A DNA stretch of 64,000 bases from Mobula hypostoma (taxonomy: Eukaryota): NCBI RefSeq assembly GCF_963921235.1, contig NC_086118.1, positions 28,770,001-28,834,000 of the forward strand, given 5' to 3'. A model generated the notes under the pieces. That model made no database searches, had not been told where the DNA came from, and saw only the letters and a program-made list of their open reading frames with translations. The translations under genes and the position numbers were made by a program. Positions 23,433 through 35,330 of this stretch are shown in pieces; position 1 is the first letter of the stretch; each line of letters opens with the position of its first letter.

Positions 23433-23816
23433 TTTTACAATGCCAGTTTTGATTTACTTTCTCCATTGTTTGGCTGCTACTTTCTCAAAATTGAATGTTG
23501 TCTGAGAAATTACCCAGTTGGCATCGTCATTCACCAGGATCAAAATGCTTCAATACCTTCACAATACTCAGATAAAATCTTTCCTACCAAATACAAAAAG
23601 CATATGTAGCCGTTTACATCTGTGCGACAGGAGAACACACATCATAGTACAATAGTCTCTGTTTTATTATTCCATACATTATTATTGCACATTGGTAAAT
23701 TATTATTGTTTATATTATTATTCTTTACTTTATTATTAGTTAAATCCACACACTACTAAGTGTGATTTTAAATGTTGCTGCTGTAAAGAAATTTCCTGCT
23801 CAGGATCAATAAAGTA

Positions 23817-23868
23817 CTTCTTCTTCTTCTTCTTCTTATTATTATTATTATTATTAATAATATTATTA
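23817..23868. repeat. Compound microsatellite (CTT)n(ATT)n
   Basis: Directly visible. It follows ATCAATAAAGTA, so it is probably a retroposon tail. Confidence 0.85.
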
Positions 23869-26132
23869 AATTTCTGCCTCTAGAATAATCAGGGACAAAT
23901 ATTTTGAGCTTGTGCATGGTGGATGGAGGAAATAAAGATTGCAATGACACATTCTAAAATCCCAGAGTACTGGGGCATTTGCAATCTTGTTCTTCTTTGA
24001 AGGAGTTTGAATGAATAAGTGACATTCCTAATTACAGATTCCTAGTACAGAAAATTCAACAGTCCCAGGATCAGCAGTGATGTGAGCAGAGCATTGTCCC
24101 AGATGCTCAGTTACAAACCTGGTGTCAGTGACTAGTCATGTTGGAGATCAACATTAAATAGTGCTGAAATATTCAGATGCCAACACTGTAATCAACAAAT
24201 GAATGCCAACGATGCTAATTCTGATTGTATTAAAAATCTGTGCAGCAGATGGAATTCTTGGAAGCAACTCAAAGCATCTTCTGTGAGTACAAAACTATAA
24301 TAAATTTGCATAATCATTTAATTGACCCACAAATTAATACTTTGTGAAATACTGGACATCCATTAGAGAGAGTACAGATATTAGGGGTGTCATGGCGGAA
24401 CAGGAAATATAGAATGCACCAAGGATTCCACCATACCCCTCTACACATCTACAAAATCTCTAGTGCTCTGTCCTAACCCAGGCTAAGCCTTAATCATTCA
24501 TTATACCCATGTGACCTCATCTACACTGGATCCCAGTTATGGATCTTCCCATAGCATCATTTCTTACGACCGTAAGGCCCAGGAGCAAGAATAGGCCCAT
24601 CAATCCTACCTCAGCATTCCAGAATGGCCAGTTTATCATTCCTCGCAACCCCATCCTCCTACCTTCTCCCCATAACCTTTAATGCATTGATTAATCAAGA
24701 AACTATCAACCTCTGTCTTAAATATACCTAATGACTTGGCCTGCACAGTTGTTTGTGGCAAAGAATTCCAGACATTCACCACTTTCTGTCTAAAGAAATT
24801 TTTCCTCATCTCTTTTCTGAATGGATGCCTATCAATTCTAAGGTTGTGCCCTTTGATCCTGAACTCCTGCACGATAGGAAATATCCTCTCTATATCCACT
24901 CTAGCCAGACCTTCCAACATTCAATAAGTTTCAATGAGGTTCTCCCTTCATTCTTCTAAACTTCAGCAAGTACAGGCCCAGAGCTTTCAAAAGCTACTTG
25001 TATGTTAACCCTTAAGTTTTTCTGCCTTTTCATTGTCCCCATTACTACCTCTTCAGCATAATTTTTCAGTGGTGTGATATCCACTCTTCTCTCTTTTACT
25101 CATATATTTGATAAAACTTTTTTCTATCCTCTTTTATATTACTGGCTAGCTTACCTTCATATTTCATCTTTTCTCATTTTATGTCTTTTTTAATTGCCTT
25201 CTGCTGCTTTTTTTAAAAATCATCTACCTTCCCACTAATCTTTGCCATATTATATGCCCTCTCTTTTGCTTTTCTGTTGTCTTTGGCTTCCCCTATCAGC
25301 CACAGTTGTCTCATCATCCTCTTAGAATACCTCTTCATCGTTGGGAAGTACCTTTACTGCACATTCCAAATTCCCACCAGAAAAACCAGCCATCATCCTT
25401 GCTAATGTCTCCTTCCATTTATCTTTGGCTAGCTCCTCTCTTATGTCTCCATAATTCCATTTATTCCATTGTAATAAAGATACATCAAATTTTAGCTTGA
25501 TCATGGTCTAATCTTAGTCATTAGGTAACACCCAATCCAGAATTGACATTCCGCCAGTGGGCTCAATCACAAGCATCTCTAAAAAACCATCTCGTAGGCA
25601 TTCTACAAATTCCCTCTCTTGGGGTCTAGCACCAACCAAGTTTTCCCAATGTACATGCATATTGAAATTCCCTGTGATTACTGCGACATAGCCCTTTTGA
25701 CATGTCCTTTCTCTCTCCCATGTATTTTGTAGCCCACATCCTAGCCACTGTTCGGAGGCCTGTATATACTCCCTTCAGGGTCTTTTCACCCTTGCAGTTT
25801 CATAACTTTACCCACAAGGATCCTACATCTGATTCTATGTCACCTCTTTCTAAGGATTTGATTTCAATTTTTTCCAACAAAGCCACCTAACCCCCTCTGC
25901 CTACCTGCCTGTCCTTTCAATACAAAGTGTATCCTTGGATGTTAAGCTCCCAACTATGATCTTCTTTCAGCAGCAGCTCAGAGGTGCCCACAGCATCGTA
26001 CTTGCCAATCTCTAACTGCGCTACAAGATTATCTACCTTATTCTGCATACTGTGTTCATTCAAATATAACACCTTCCAAACAGTATTCTCCAAACTGTAT
26101 TCTTCATGCTTTTTGATTTGGCCCCTTTAACA

Positions 26133-27204
26133 TAGTGGTCGCCAACCCTTTTAAGCCCAAGATCCCCTACCTCGGCCTTAGTGAAAGGCAAGATCGACCT
26201 ACAAAATCAGCTAGCCACACGCATGCACACCGGGCAGAAAAGACCAGAAGTAAAACCCCACAACCCGGAAACAACCTCTCTTTACAAACAGCTTTCAGTA
26301 GCGGGACTATTGCCATATTACCATTGTCATAATTAGTATTACTTATTTTTATAATGCTCATTTTACAACACCTTTAATTCTATGTTTCATTATTTAATTT
26401 TATTTCAACATGGAAAATAAATGAATAAAAATTGACTGTTGCACTCAGTGTGATGACTGGGGCTGAATACTTTCTGCTAGTTCCCTGAAGTTTGGCTCAT
26501 AACTACAGACAGCCAGTTTGAGACAGTCTGTGAGGTGTCTGTCAGTAAGACAGCCCCTGTACTTAGATTTCATAATTTTCATCTGTTGCAGCACAGCGCC
26601 CTCGCAAACCACCTGACAGACTGAATATTTGAATGGACAGTTTCTTTTGTTAGACTGAATGTTGAATCTGCCATGTTTTTCAGGTGTTTTGTATTGGTAA
26701 ACTGTTTCTGAGACACTCGTATAAGTTTCAGAGGTATGCAAGATAATGACACCACTGGTTTTTATTTCCCAGTTATTTATGTTTGGGGAATGTTGGAATT
26801 TAAAGGGGGAGAAGTGTTGTAATGTGAGCATTATAAAGATAAGTTAATACAAATTAGGATAATGGTAATATAGCAATACCCCCGCTACGGAAAGCTGTTT
26901 GTAAAGAGAGGTTGCTTCTGGGTAGCGGGGCTTTACATCCAGTCTTTTCTACTGCAGTGCATGGCGGGGAAGCTACACACATGCGCACTGGGCAGAAAGA
27001 ATGGAACTAAAACCCCACAATCCGGAAACCATCTTTCTTTACAAACAGCTTTCAGTAGCGGCAGTATTGCTATATTACCATTATCCTAATTAGTATTGCT
27101 TATTTTTATAATGCTCACATTACAACAGTATTTGTGTATTTATTTTTCTTTTTTTCTGGGATCTACTGGGAAAGTCTCAAAGATCGACCTGTTGGCTACC
27201 ACTA
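26133..27204 (-). mobile_element. Non-autonomous hAT (Charlie-like) DNA transposon
   Basis: TIRs TAGTGGTCGCCAAC (26133-26146) and GTTGGCTACCACTA (27191-27204). 8-bp flanks CTTTAACA / CGTTAACT (6 of 8 match). Contains a transposase C-terminal remnant. Confidence 0.85.
26445..26600 (-). pseudogene. hAT transposase C-terminal dimerisation-domain remnant
   Basis: MKIMKSKYRGCLTDRHLTDCLKLAVCSYEPNFRELAESIQPQSSH* matches the KSKxRxxLTDxHL...Q..SH C-terminus typical of Charlie/GTF2IRD2-like transposases. Confidence 0.8.
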
Positions 27205-28454
27205 CGTTAACTCATCCCACTGACTGTAATCTTGCCCTATCATCTGCCTGTCCTTCCTCACAGCCTCATGACATACTGGATTTGTATATCAGCTGCCCCT
27301 TCCTCAGCTTTATCACTCCGATTCCAATCCCCCTGCCAAATGAGTTTACATCCACCCCAACAGCTCTTGCAAATCTTCCTACAAGGATATTGGTCCCCCT
27401 CAGGCTGAGGTGTAACCCATCCTTTTTGTGCTGGTCATAACTTCCCCAGAAGAGATTCCCATGATCCAGAAATCTGAAACCCTGCCCCCTGCACCAATTC
27501 CTTTGCCACTTGTTCATCTGCCAAATCATCCTTTTCTTACCCTCACTGGTGTGGACACAGGCAGAAATCCAAAGACTACTACCGTGGATGTCCTGCTTTT
27601 CAGCTTTCTGTCTAACTCCCTATACTCTCTCTTCAGGACCTCCTCCCTTTTCCTATGTCATTGATAACGATAAGTACATTGACTTTCGGCTGTTCACTCT
27701 TCCCCTTTAGAATGCCATAGACCTGATCCAGGCACCTGGGAGGCAACATACCATCCAAGTGTCTCTTTCACATCCACAGAATTTGTATTCTGCTCCTCTG
27801 ATTATGGAACTCCCCATCACTACTGCACTCCTTTTCTCACCTTTGCCTTCCAAGCCACAGAGCTCGACTCGGTGCCAGAGACCTAGTTGCTGCGGCTTCC
27901 TCCTGGTAGGTCGTTCTGCCCACCAGCGGTATACTTCCTAGTGAGGGGAACGGTCACAGGAGGACTCTGCACTGGCTGCCTATTCCCTTTCCCACTCCTG
28001 CCAGCCACCCAGGTACCTATCTCCTGCAGCTTACGTGTGACCATCTCCCTGTAGCTGCTATCTACCACCTTCTTATTCTCCCACATCAGCCAAAGTTCAC
28101 CAAGCTGCAGCTGCAGATCCTTAATATAGTCTCAAAGACATTGCAGCTCGATACACTTTGTGCAAATTTAGTTATCAGGGAGAAAAGAAGGTCTACCAAA
28201 TTTCCCACATTTCACGCAAGGAACATACCACTACCTCTAGATTCATTCTCAGCACACAAGAAAAAGCTTACTAGAAACTTTCCTACTTACTTCAAACCTC
28301 TGCCTTGCATTTCCAAGCTTGTTCTTGTCTAAGCCTACTGAGTCAAACTTGGACCAATCTAACAATGCCTCACTCACACAACGGCCGCTCTGTTTTCTAT
28401 TTATTGTCCCTGCACTATTGTCCCTGCACAGAATCCATGCTGGACCAATATTTC

Positions 28455-28945
28455 AATGATTCAATGGTTCCATTTCAATCATAGAATGTACACAATATAC
28501 AACTTGAAATTCTTACTCTCCGCAGACATTCCCGAAACAGAAGGAAACCTCCCAAAGAATGAACGACAGAAATAGCATTAGAACCACAAAGTCCCCTGCC
28601 CCCCCACGCATAAGCAGCAGCAAACCTCTTCAACCCTCCCCCCTAATTATTCTAGCATAAAGCATCAGCATTCCCACCACCCAACATGTAAGCAGCAGCG
28701 AAACCCCCAGTGAGAGATCATGGTCTACAGTCCATCAGAAACTGACTGTTTACTGCAACATTTTCAACATCCCACAGGGACTCTCTCTCACGAACAAGGG
28801 AGAGACAAATATCACTCCTTACGCAGCGAGAGGGGAGACGACAGTCGGTATTTCAATGCTAGTCAGCCTGAAGCATTACTTTTTATATCAAGTTCCCTGA
28901 GATGAGAATCAGCAACAAACTCTCCCTCACCATTGAGAGAGAGGG

Positions 28946-29036
<91 letters not shown>

Positions 29037-29375
29037 CTGAGTGCAGAGCTCTTTAACAACTACTCACGCTGTCTTTGATGTTCCTGCTCTCGCTATGTGC
29101 TTCAGTTTGTGACACCGGAGAGAATTTGGGGCCACACAAGGCCCCGAAGTCACCTGACTTCAGGCCGAATCTGGACATATCGAAATGGGACTGATCAGAG
29201 AGTTCCAAGAACAGGAACATGCTGTCATGCCGAACCAGATTTTTGAGCGTCGCTATCGATCAAGATCCCAACAGGACCCCAGCCACCTAGAAGCGGAAAC
29301 TAAGGAAATTAGAATAGGAAGAATTTACCATTTAATTGATGAACTGGGAGAAGTCACCCTGCGGCACCACCTTTA
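28455..29375 (-). mobile_element. ~0.9-kb non-coding retroelement related to 13965-14852
   Basis: Shares CCCAAAGAATGAACGACAG, CCCACGCATAAGCAGCAGCAA and CAGCGAGAGGGGAGAC blocks with 14000-14360. Contains a GA microsatellite. Confidence 0.6.
28935..29032. repeat. (GA)n microsatellite
   Basis: Directly visible. Confidence 0.95.
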
Positions 29376-30699
29376 ACACCTAATGTAGGTTTTATATTAA
29401 ACCCACATAAATCTCATTTTATTCTACCCAAATTCCTTTCAAATCCCCCCAGATTCTACTTTTACAAAGGTAGTTTATTGCCATATGTACGAGTACACGC
29501 ACGCACAAGTGGCAAAGAAAAACTTTCTTGCAGGAGCCTCACGGGCACACAGAATCATATAAGCAACATTCACAAGAAAATCATAAATTAAACAAAAATT
29601 ATGCACAATTTTACAAGAATGAGCACAGTTAAAGCAAAAACAGCAAAGTCAATACAAAAAAAAATCAAAGTCAAACAGCAGCAGCCAAAAGCTTGCAATT
29701 TGTATGCCTTGCAATGTGAGAGGAAAAATGGGCCACCTGGAGGAAACAGGGAGAATGATCAAACTCTAGCGTATGGGAGGTCTGAATTGATCCCCAGTCA
29801 CTGGAGCTGTGAGCTTGCAGCTGTAATGGCTGCAGTATTGTTTGTTTACAAGTATGCCATGATCTCACTGCCTTGTCCCTATGTAAACTCCTCCAGCCTC
29901 ATAATTCTACAACTCTCTGTACTCCCAACTGAAGTCTAGTCACTCACTGCTCTGTTAGTTTCTTTATTGTAAACAAAATGAACGGCTAGAATTAGTAAAC
30001 ATTCTTTCCCTCATATTGGCAAGGTGACAAACAGAAAATGCTGTAAATACAGTACTCAGCTGGCCAACAATTTTCTATCAGACCATTTTCAGCATTTGCC
30101 CTTTTTTTAACCAAATTTCCAGTATTTTGATATGCCATGAATATGGTTGGATATTTTATTCAAAATAACAGCATTAAGCACACATATTTCGGTAAACAGA
30201 AACTGTTTTGAATTAAAATTAAACTTTGTAGGTAATTTATTTCAGAAATTCTTGTGCAAAACAAGAAACACGGGCAAAAATCTGTATATGTTAGAAATCT
30301 GAGATAAACTGCTGCTGACAGTCAGCAGGGCAGGCAGCAGGCAGCAACTGTAGAAGTAGAAACAGTTAACATTTCAGGTCGATGACTCTTCCTGAGAACT
30401 GGGAAAGAGAGGAAATAAAATCATATTATATTATAAGGAGGAGAGAGGGGAATGGTTAGGACAAAGGGAAATTTTCTGATAGGGTGAGGTCAGTTTTGTC
30501 TGGAAGATCAGCTCTAAATTGGAAGGATGTGGTTGCTTGACCATTAGAAAATCAGAACATTTATTTCTAAGAAATGTAAAAGTTGCAAAATGTAGGGATA
30601 TAGGACCCGCCCAACAGGTCAAGCTCTGCCAATGGAGAAACTATCCAATGTCTCAAATGGATTACCTGGCTGGTGCTGATGCAGAGAAAGTGAGGTAAC

Positions 30700-31900
30700 C
30701 CAAACACGAGATTCTGCAGATGCCAATAATCTGGGAACGCACATAGAATGCTGGAGAAATTCAGCAGGCCAGGCAGCAACAATGGAGGGGAATAAACAGT
30801 CAAGGTTTGAGGCTTAATCGGGACTTAATATTTAGTCCAGGTGGCTGCAGTGTGACTGAATGTAAGATGAAATGATCTTCCTCATGTTTGCATTGGGCCT
30901 TGTTACAAGCATGGAGCCAGTGACAAATGGGTCGGGGATAACATAGAGAACAGAACTAGTAAGCAGCACGAAACACAATGTTTCCCTTGTGGAATGAAGG
31001 CAGGTGCTGCAATAGCAGAGTCCCAATCTGCAGTTAGTTCTTTAATTGAGTCAGCCACATTGTGAACCATTAACGTAGTGCACTAGAATAGAAGAAATGC
31101 AAGTGAACTCCTGGAAAGGTTGTTTGAATCTTCAGATGGTGAGAATGAGATGTTGCATCTCCTGCAGTTGTCCAGGAAATTGCTGTAAGAAGCGGAATGG
31201 TGCAGAAGACAGAAGAGTGTTCCAGGAAGTCCCAAATTGTCCTTCCAAAATGCTGTATGACAAGATGGGGGGAAGGCATGCTTGGTGATGGCATCTACAT
31301 TGGTGGAGGCAGTAACTGATCAGGGTGAACTGTTGAATGGATGGACAGGTGGAGTGGAAAGTGATGACTGGGAGAACATTATCCTTGCTCTGTCCAGGAG
31401 GAGGGGGTGAAAGAAAACCTGCAGGAAATCAATGTGAGTGGCCAGTGGTTCCATGTTAGAGGGGAAGTCAAGATACAGGAAAGAAGCGGACACTTCAGAG
31501 CCACCTATGTAGAATATTTCATCAGTTGAGCAAATACAACAGTGACGGAAAAACTGGAAAAATCAGATTTCTGAATAAGTCCTTGAACCCATGGGTACAA
31601 CCTTGCCGTTCCCGTTTTGATCTATTTATTTTATTGTAACTTGTAGTGTTTTTATGTCTTGCACTATAAGGCTGTAACAAAACAAGAAGTTTCACAACAG
31701 TGATAATTCTGATTCTGAAAACAGAATGGCAATCTTACGAGACTTATGTAAAATTGAAGTAACTCTGAGAGTTGGTTGACTTGTAATCAACAGATGTGGC
31801 TTATCCTTAATCTGAGATGGAAACAAATCCATCCGGAAAGGGAAAAAAAGAATCGGCAATAGACCACGTAAAAGTGAGCTTTTGGGTTATTTTGAATGCA
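30700..31900 (-). mobile_element. Old, degraded Penelope-like element
   Basis: Begins with the pseudo-LTR terminus AACACGAGATTCTGCAGATGC...GAATGCTGGAGAAATTCAGCAGGCCAGGCAGCA. The rest is collinear with 3700-4600 (GCATGCTTGGTGATGGCATC). Interrupted around 31570-31715. Confidence 0.6.
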
Positions 31901-31989
31901 GGACCAGTGTTGTTACAGAAAAAGAATTGAGGGAGAAGATGCAAATAGGATTGAAACAAAAATTGTACCCTTTATCCTACAGAACCTCC

Positions 31990-32400
31990 AAGACGACCTT
32001 AGCCTTGTTGTGGTTTGGAGGGTTGTGTGCCACAATGGCCCAAAGAGCTATGTTGGCTGGAGTCAGGGCTTTGTGCTTTGGCGCTTGGTAGGGTCAACCA
32101 TGCCAAAGGATAAGGACAGACTGAGGGTGGTCTACTAGTCTTCCAGGTTTGGAAGTTCAGCTCTGGGCTGACAATCCTGATTGGTAAAACAAAATTGTTA
32201 CAGAAACAGCAATGAAGAATCCTTCTACATCTGAGTGTGTTGGTATTCCTGAGTGTCCACGCAGGACTTGCATAACTGACAGCAGTAAAAACTGAGAGGA
32301 AGTTACTGACACGATGAAGGATCCCTGAACACCACCAGAGATGGAGGAACTTCATTGCTGCCTTAATTGCCAGCCGCATATCAGGCAGTAAGTAAGTAAG
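31990..32400 (+). mobile_element. Short RTE-derived non-autonomous element (5' UTR joined to 3' tail)
   Basis: The 5' part GCCTTGTTGTGGTTTGGAGGG...GAGCTATGTTG...TGGTAGGGTCAACCATGCCAAA resembles RTE/Expander-type 5' UTRs. The 3' part ends AGAGATGGAGGAACTTCATTGCTGCCTTA...(GTAA)n. Confidence 0.55.
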
Positions 32401-33857
32401 TTATCCTACTGAAAGAGGGGGCTTGGGAAAGTTCCCATTGTTTCTCCTTTGGTCTACAAAAAGTGAAAGGATCTGAAGAAGGAGATAGTTAATATAAGAA
32501 TGAGCTCCGCTTGACTATAGAGTGTATTGGTTCAGAGAAATGGTTGGGCTTTATTCAATGAAGAATTGGAAAGCCTTCTGACCACCCTGCTATGGGATGG
32601 AGGTGCAGAACAGGGTACATCCCAGCTAAAGATGAGCTTATTAGGATGGGAATTGGAAATTAAAGGTATATAATTATTAGTGAGTAAAGCTCTTATAACT
32701 TTAGATAATTAACATAATTATCCTGTGACAGATAAATGCAGGTCATGTAAAATATTTCACCTAGAAAGTTGATCCCTCTACTTATATTGATATCTTCATG
32801 CAAAAATTATTCACAGAGAACTGGGATTACAAATATATTTATATCATATGTACAGTTTTTTTCTCTGAATTTTTTAGCTTTATATTTACATGTTACATTA
32901 TCTTTAGGCCCCAGTGGAAAATGGCATTGCTATACTTTCTGACTGAAGCTACTATCTCTAAGGGCACTGATGGTTCCAGTGAATTTCAGAAGGTTTATGC
33001 AAAAGGACCTTGTGTTCAACTTGCCTCTGAGAGTGGGAGGGCGGACTTTGTTTCCTTCTGCAGGTTAACGTTTTAATGGTTGCTATGGCTATCTCCTAGG
33101 AAGATAGTTGTTAGGAACCTGAAGCAATATTCTGAGTGGCCACAATTCATTTATGTCATGCAAGCTGCCTGAAAGATCTTCATGTTGAATGGTTTTATTC
33201 TACAAATAGTTCTGTTTGCTGAGCTAGACTAGATTCTATCCAAATAAACATAAATAATGCACCTATTATAATTCTGTGATCAGTGAAGAGAAATAATTTG
33301 CATCTTATACCCATTCTGCATGCCCATTAGCAGACAGAATTTAATTGTTTGATGAATAAAATATTAAATTATTTTTCTTAAAAATAAATGTTTTTCCCCT
33401 ATAGTCCAACAAATCCAACTGCTATCATGATCCATGTATTATATCAAACGATAATAAGTTAAAATCAACTGCACTATGTATGACAAGTACAATTTGACAC
33501 TGAATATTTGTCAATGATTTTTTTTCTATAATTGGGACATACATTCTTCTGTGCCCTTACATTGAACAGCCTGTATGGGTGTTTAGACCTGTTCTGGAGC
33601 ATTTTGGCTTTTAAATTGTTTTGCATGGCAAGTTACTGGAAATGTGAGTTGGCAAGACAGTGTTGGGGGAAGAAATAGGAGATGAGTAAACAGAGCAAGT
33701 ATCTGTGAATCTCCTTAGCCAATCAGTTGGAAGTATTGTAAAATTAAGAACACAAAGAATAAGGTAAGTACAACAAATGGGCAAACTCGATGCCAAATCA
33801 AGTGCTAAAGCAGAGTTATTGAGAAAAAGCAAAAGTGGAATTCAGAGAGAAAAAATA

Positions 33858-34465
33858 TTTTATACTTTATACTTTATTGTCGCCAAACAATTGATACTAG
33901 AATGTACGATCATCACAGCGATATTTGATTCTGCACTTCCCACTCCCTGGATTACAAATCGATAGTAAATATTAAAAATTTAAATTATAAATCATAAATA
34001 GAAAATAGAAAAATGGAAAGTAAGGTAGTGCAAAAAAACCGAGAGGCAGGTCCAGATATTTGGAGGGTACGGCCCAGATCCGGGTCAGGATCTGTTCAGC
34101 AGTCTTATCACAGTTGGAAAGAAGCTGTTCCCAATTCTGGCCGTACGAGTCTTCAAGCTCCTGAACCTTCTCCCGGAGGGAAGAGGGACGAAAAGTATGT
34201 TGGCTGGGTGGGTCGTGTCCTTGATTATCCTGGCAGCACTGCTCCGACAGCGTGTGGTGTAAAGTGAGTCCAAGGACGGAAGATTGGTTTGTGTGATGTG
34301 CTGCGCCGTGTTCACAATCTTCTGCAGCTTTTTCTGGTCTTGGACAGGACAACTTCCATACCAGGTTGTGATGCACCCTAGAAGAATGCTTTCTATGGTG
34401 TATCTATAAATATTAGTGAGGGTTTTAGGGGACAGGCCAAATTTCTCCAGTTTTCTCAGGAAGTA
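33858..34465 (-). mobile_element. 5'-truncated Rex1/Babar-like LINE, well preserved
   Basis: LPSLDSLYTTRCRSSAARIIKDTTHPANILFVPLPSGRRFRSLKTRTARIGNSFFPTVIRLLN, followed by AATAAA and an (AAAGTAT)n tail. Confidence 0.88.
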
Positions 34466-35087
34466 ATAGAAACAAGAAGAGGGTGCAGAGGAGATTCACA
34501 AGGATGTTACCTCGATTAACCGGCTTGATCTATTAGGAGAGATTGAATAGGCAAGGTCTGCTTTTTCCTGGAGTGAAGGAGGCTAGGAGCTGACATGATG
34601 CAGGGATGTAAATTATTAGGGGTATAGACTGTGTAGATAGTAGTTTCAAGAATGATTATTACCATTCAACCATCAGGCTCCTGAACCAGTATGGGTAACT
34701 TCATTAACCTCAGCAATGAACTGACACTGTAATATATGGACACACTTTCAAGGACTCGTGGTCTCAGTATTTATTTATTTATTGTTTGATTTAATTTTTT
34801 TGTATTTGCTCAGTTTGTCTTCTTTTACACATTGGTTGCTTGTTTGTAGTTTCTCATTGATTCTATTGTAATTCTCTGTTCTACTGTGAATGCCTGCAAG
34901 AAATTGAATCTCAGGGTAACATGTGGTAAAGCAATAATAAATTTACTCCAGACATTGAACTTTTATAGGGGATCAGAGTGGTAAATTTCTCACACAAAAA
35001 AAGAGCTGGTATCTAGAATAAGGAGGTAGTGAAGGCAGGGTTAGGAATAACATTGAAAAGGCATTTGGAGGAGCAATGCATTGTGGG

Positions 35088-35330
35088 GGAAACAAACAAT
35101 CTGCTAGACGAACTCAGGGAGTCGAGGAGCACCTACTATAGGTAAGGAATTTTCAATGTTTTAAGTCGAAACCCTGCATTGGTCCTGATGCAATGGTCCT
35201 GATCCTGATGCTCCTGACCCAAAATGTCGACAATTCCTTTCCTCCTACAAGAATCCTCAACCTGTGAGTTCCTCAAGGAAACTCTTGCTCCAGACTCCAG
35301 CATCTGCAGTTTCTTTATTCTCTGGTGTAG
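35088..35330. mobile_element. Two PLE pseudo-LTR termini in inverted orientation
   Basis: Left arm ...GAACTCAGGGAGTCGAG...AAGGAATTTTCAATGTTTTAAGTCG versus right arm TGACCCAAAATGTCGACAATTCCTT...TGAGTTCCTC. The junction has CCTGATG reiterated. Confidence 0.65.

Larger units (their letters stand above)
24568..28200 (-). mobile_element. Internally deleted CR1 LINE(s): ORF1 esterase part, endonuclease part and 3' end; interrupted by a hAT element
   Basis: ORF1 SGNH-esterase-like WCRGQGFRFLDHGNLFWG...DGLHLSLRGTNILVGRF (27266-27529) and ORF2 C-terminus RIKGHNLRI...RKNFFRQKVVNVWNSLP (24636-24920). It may be more than one insertion. Confidence 0.8.
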
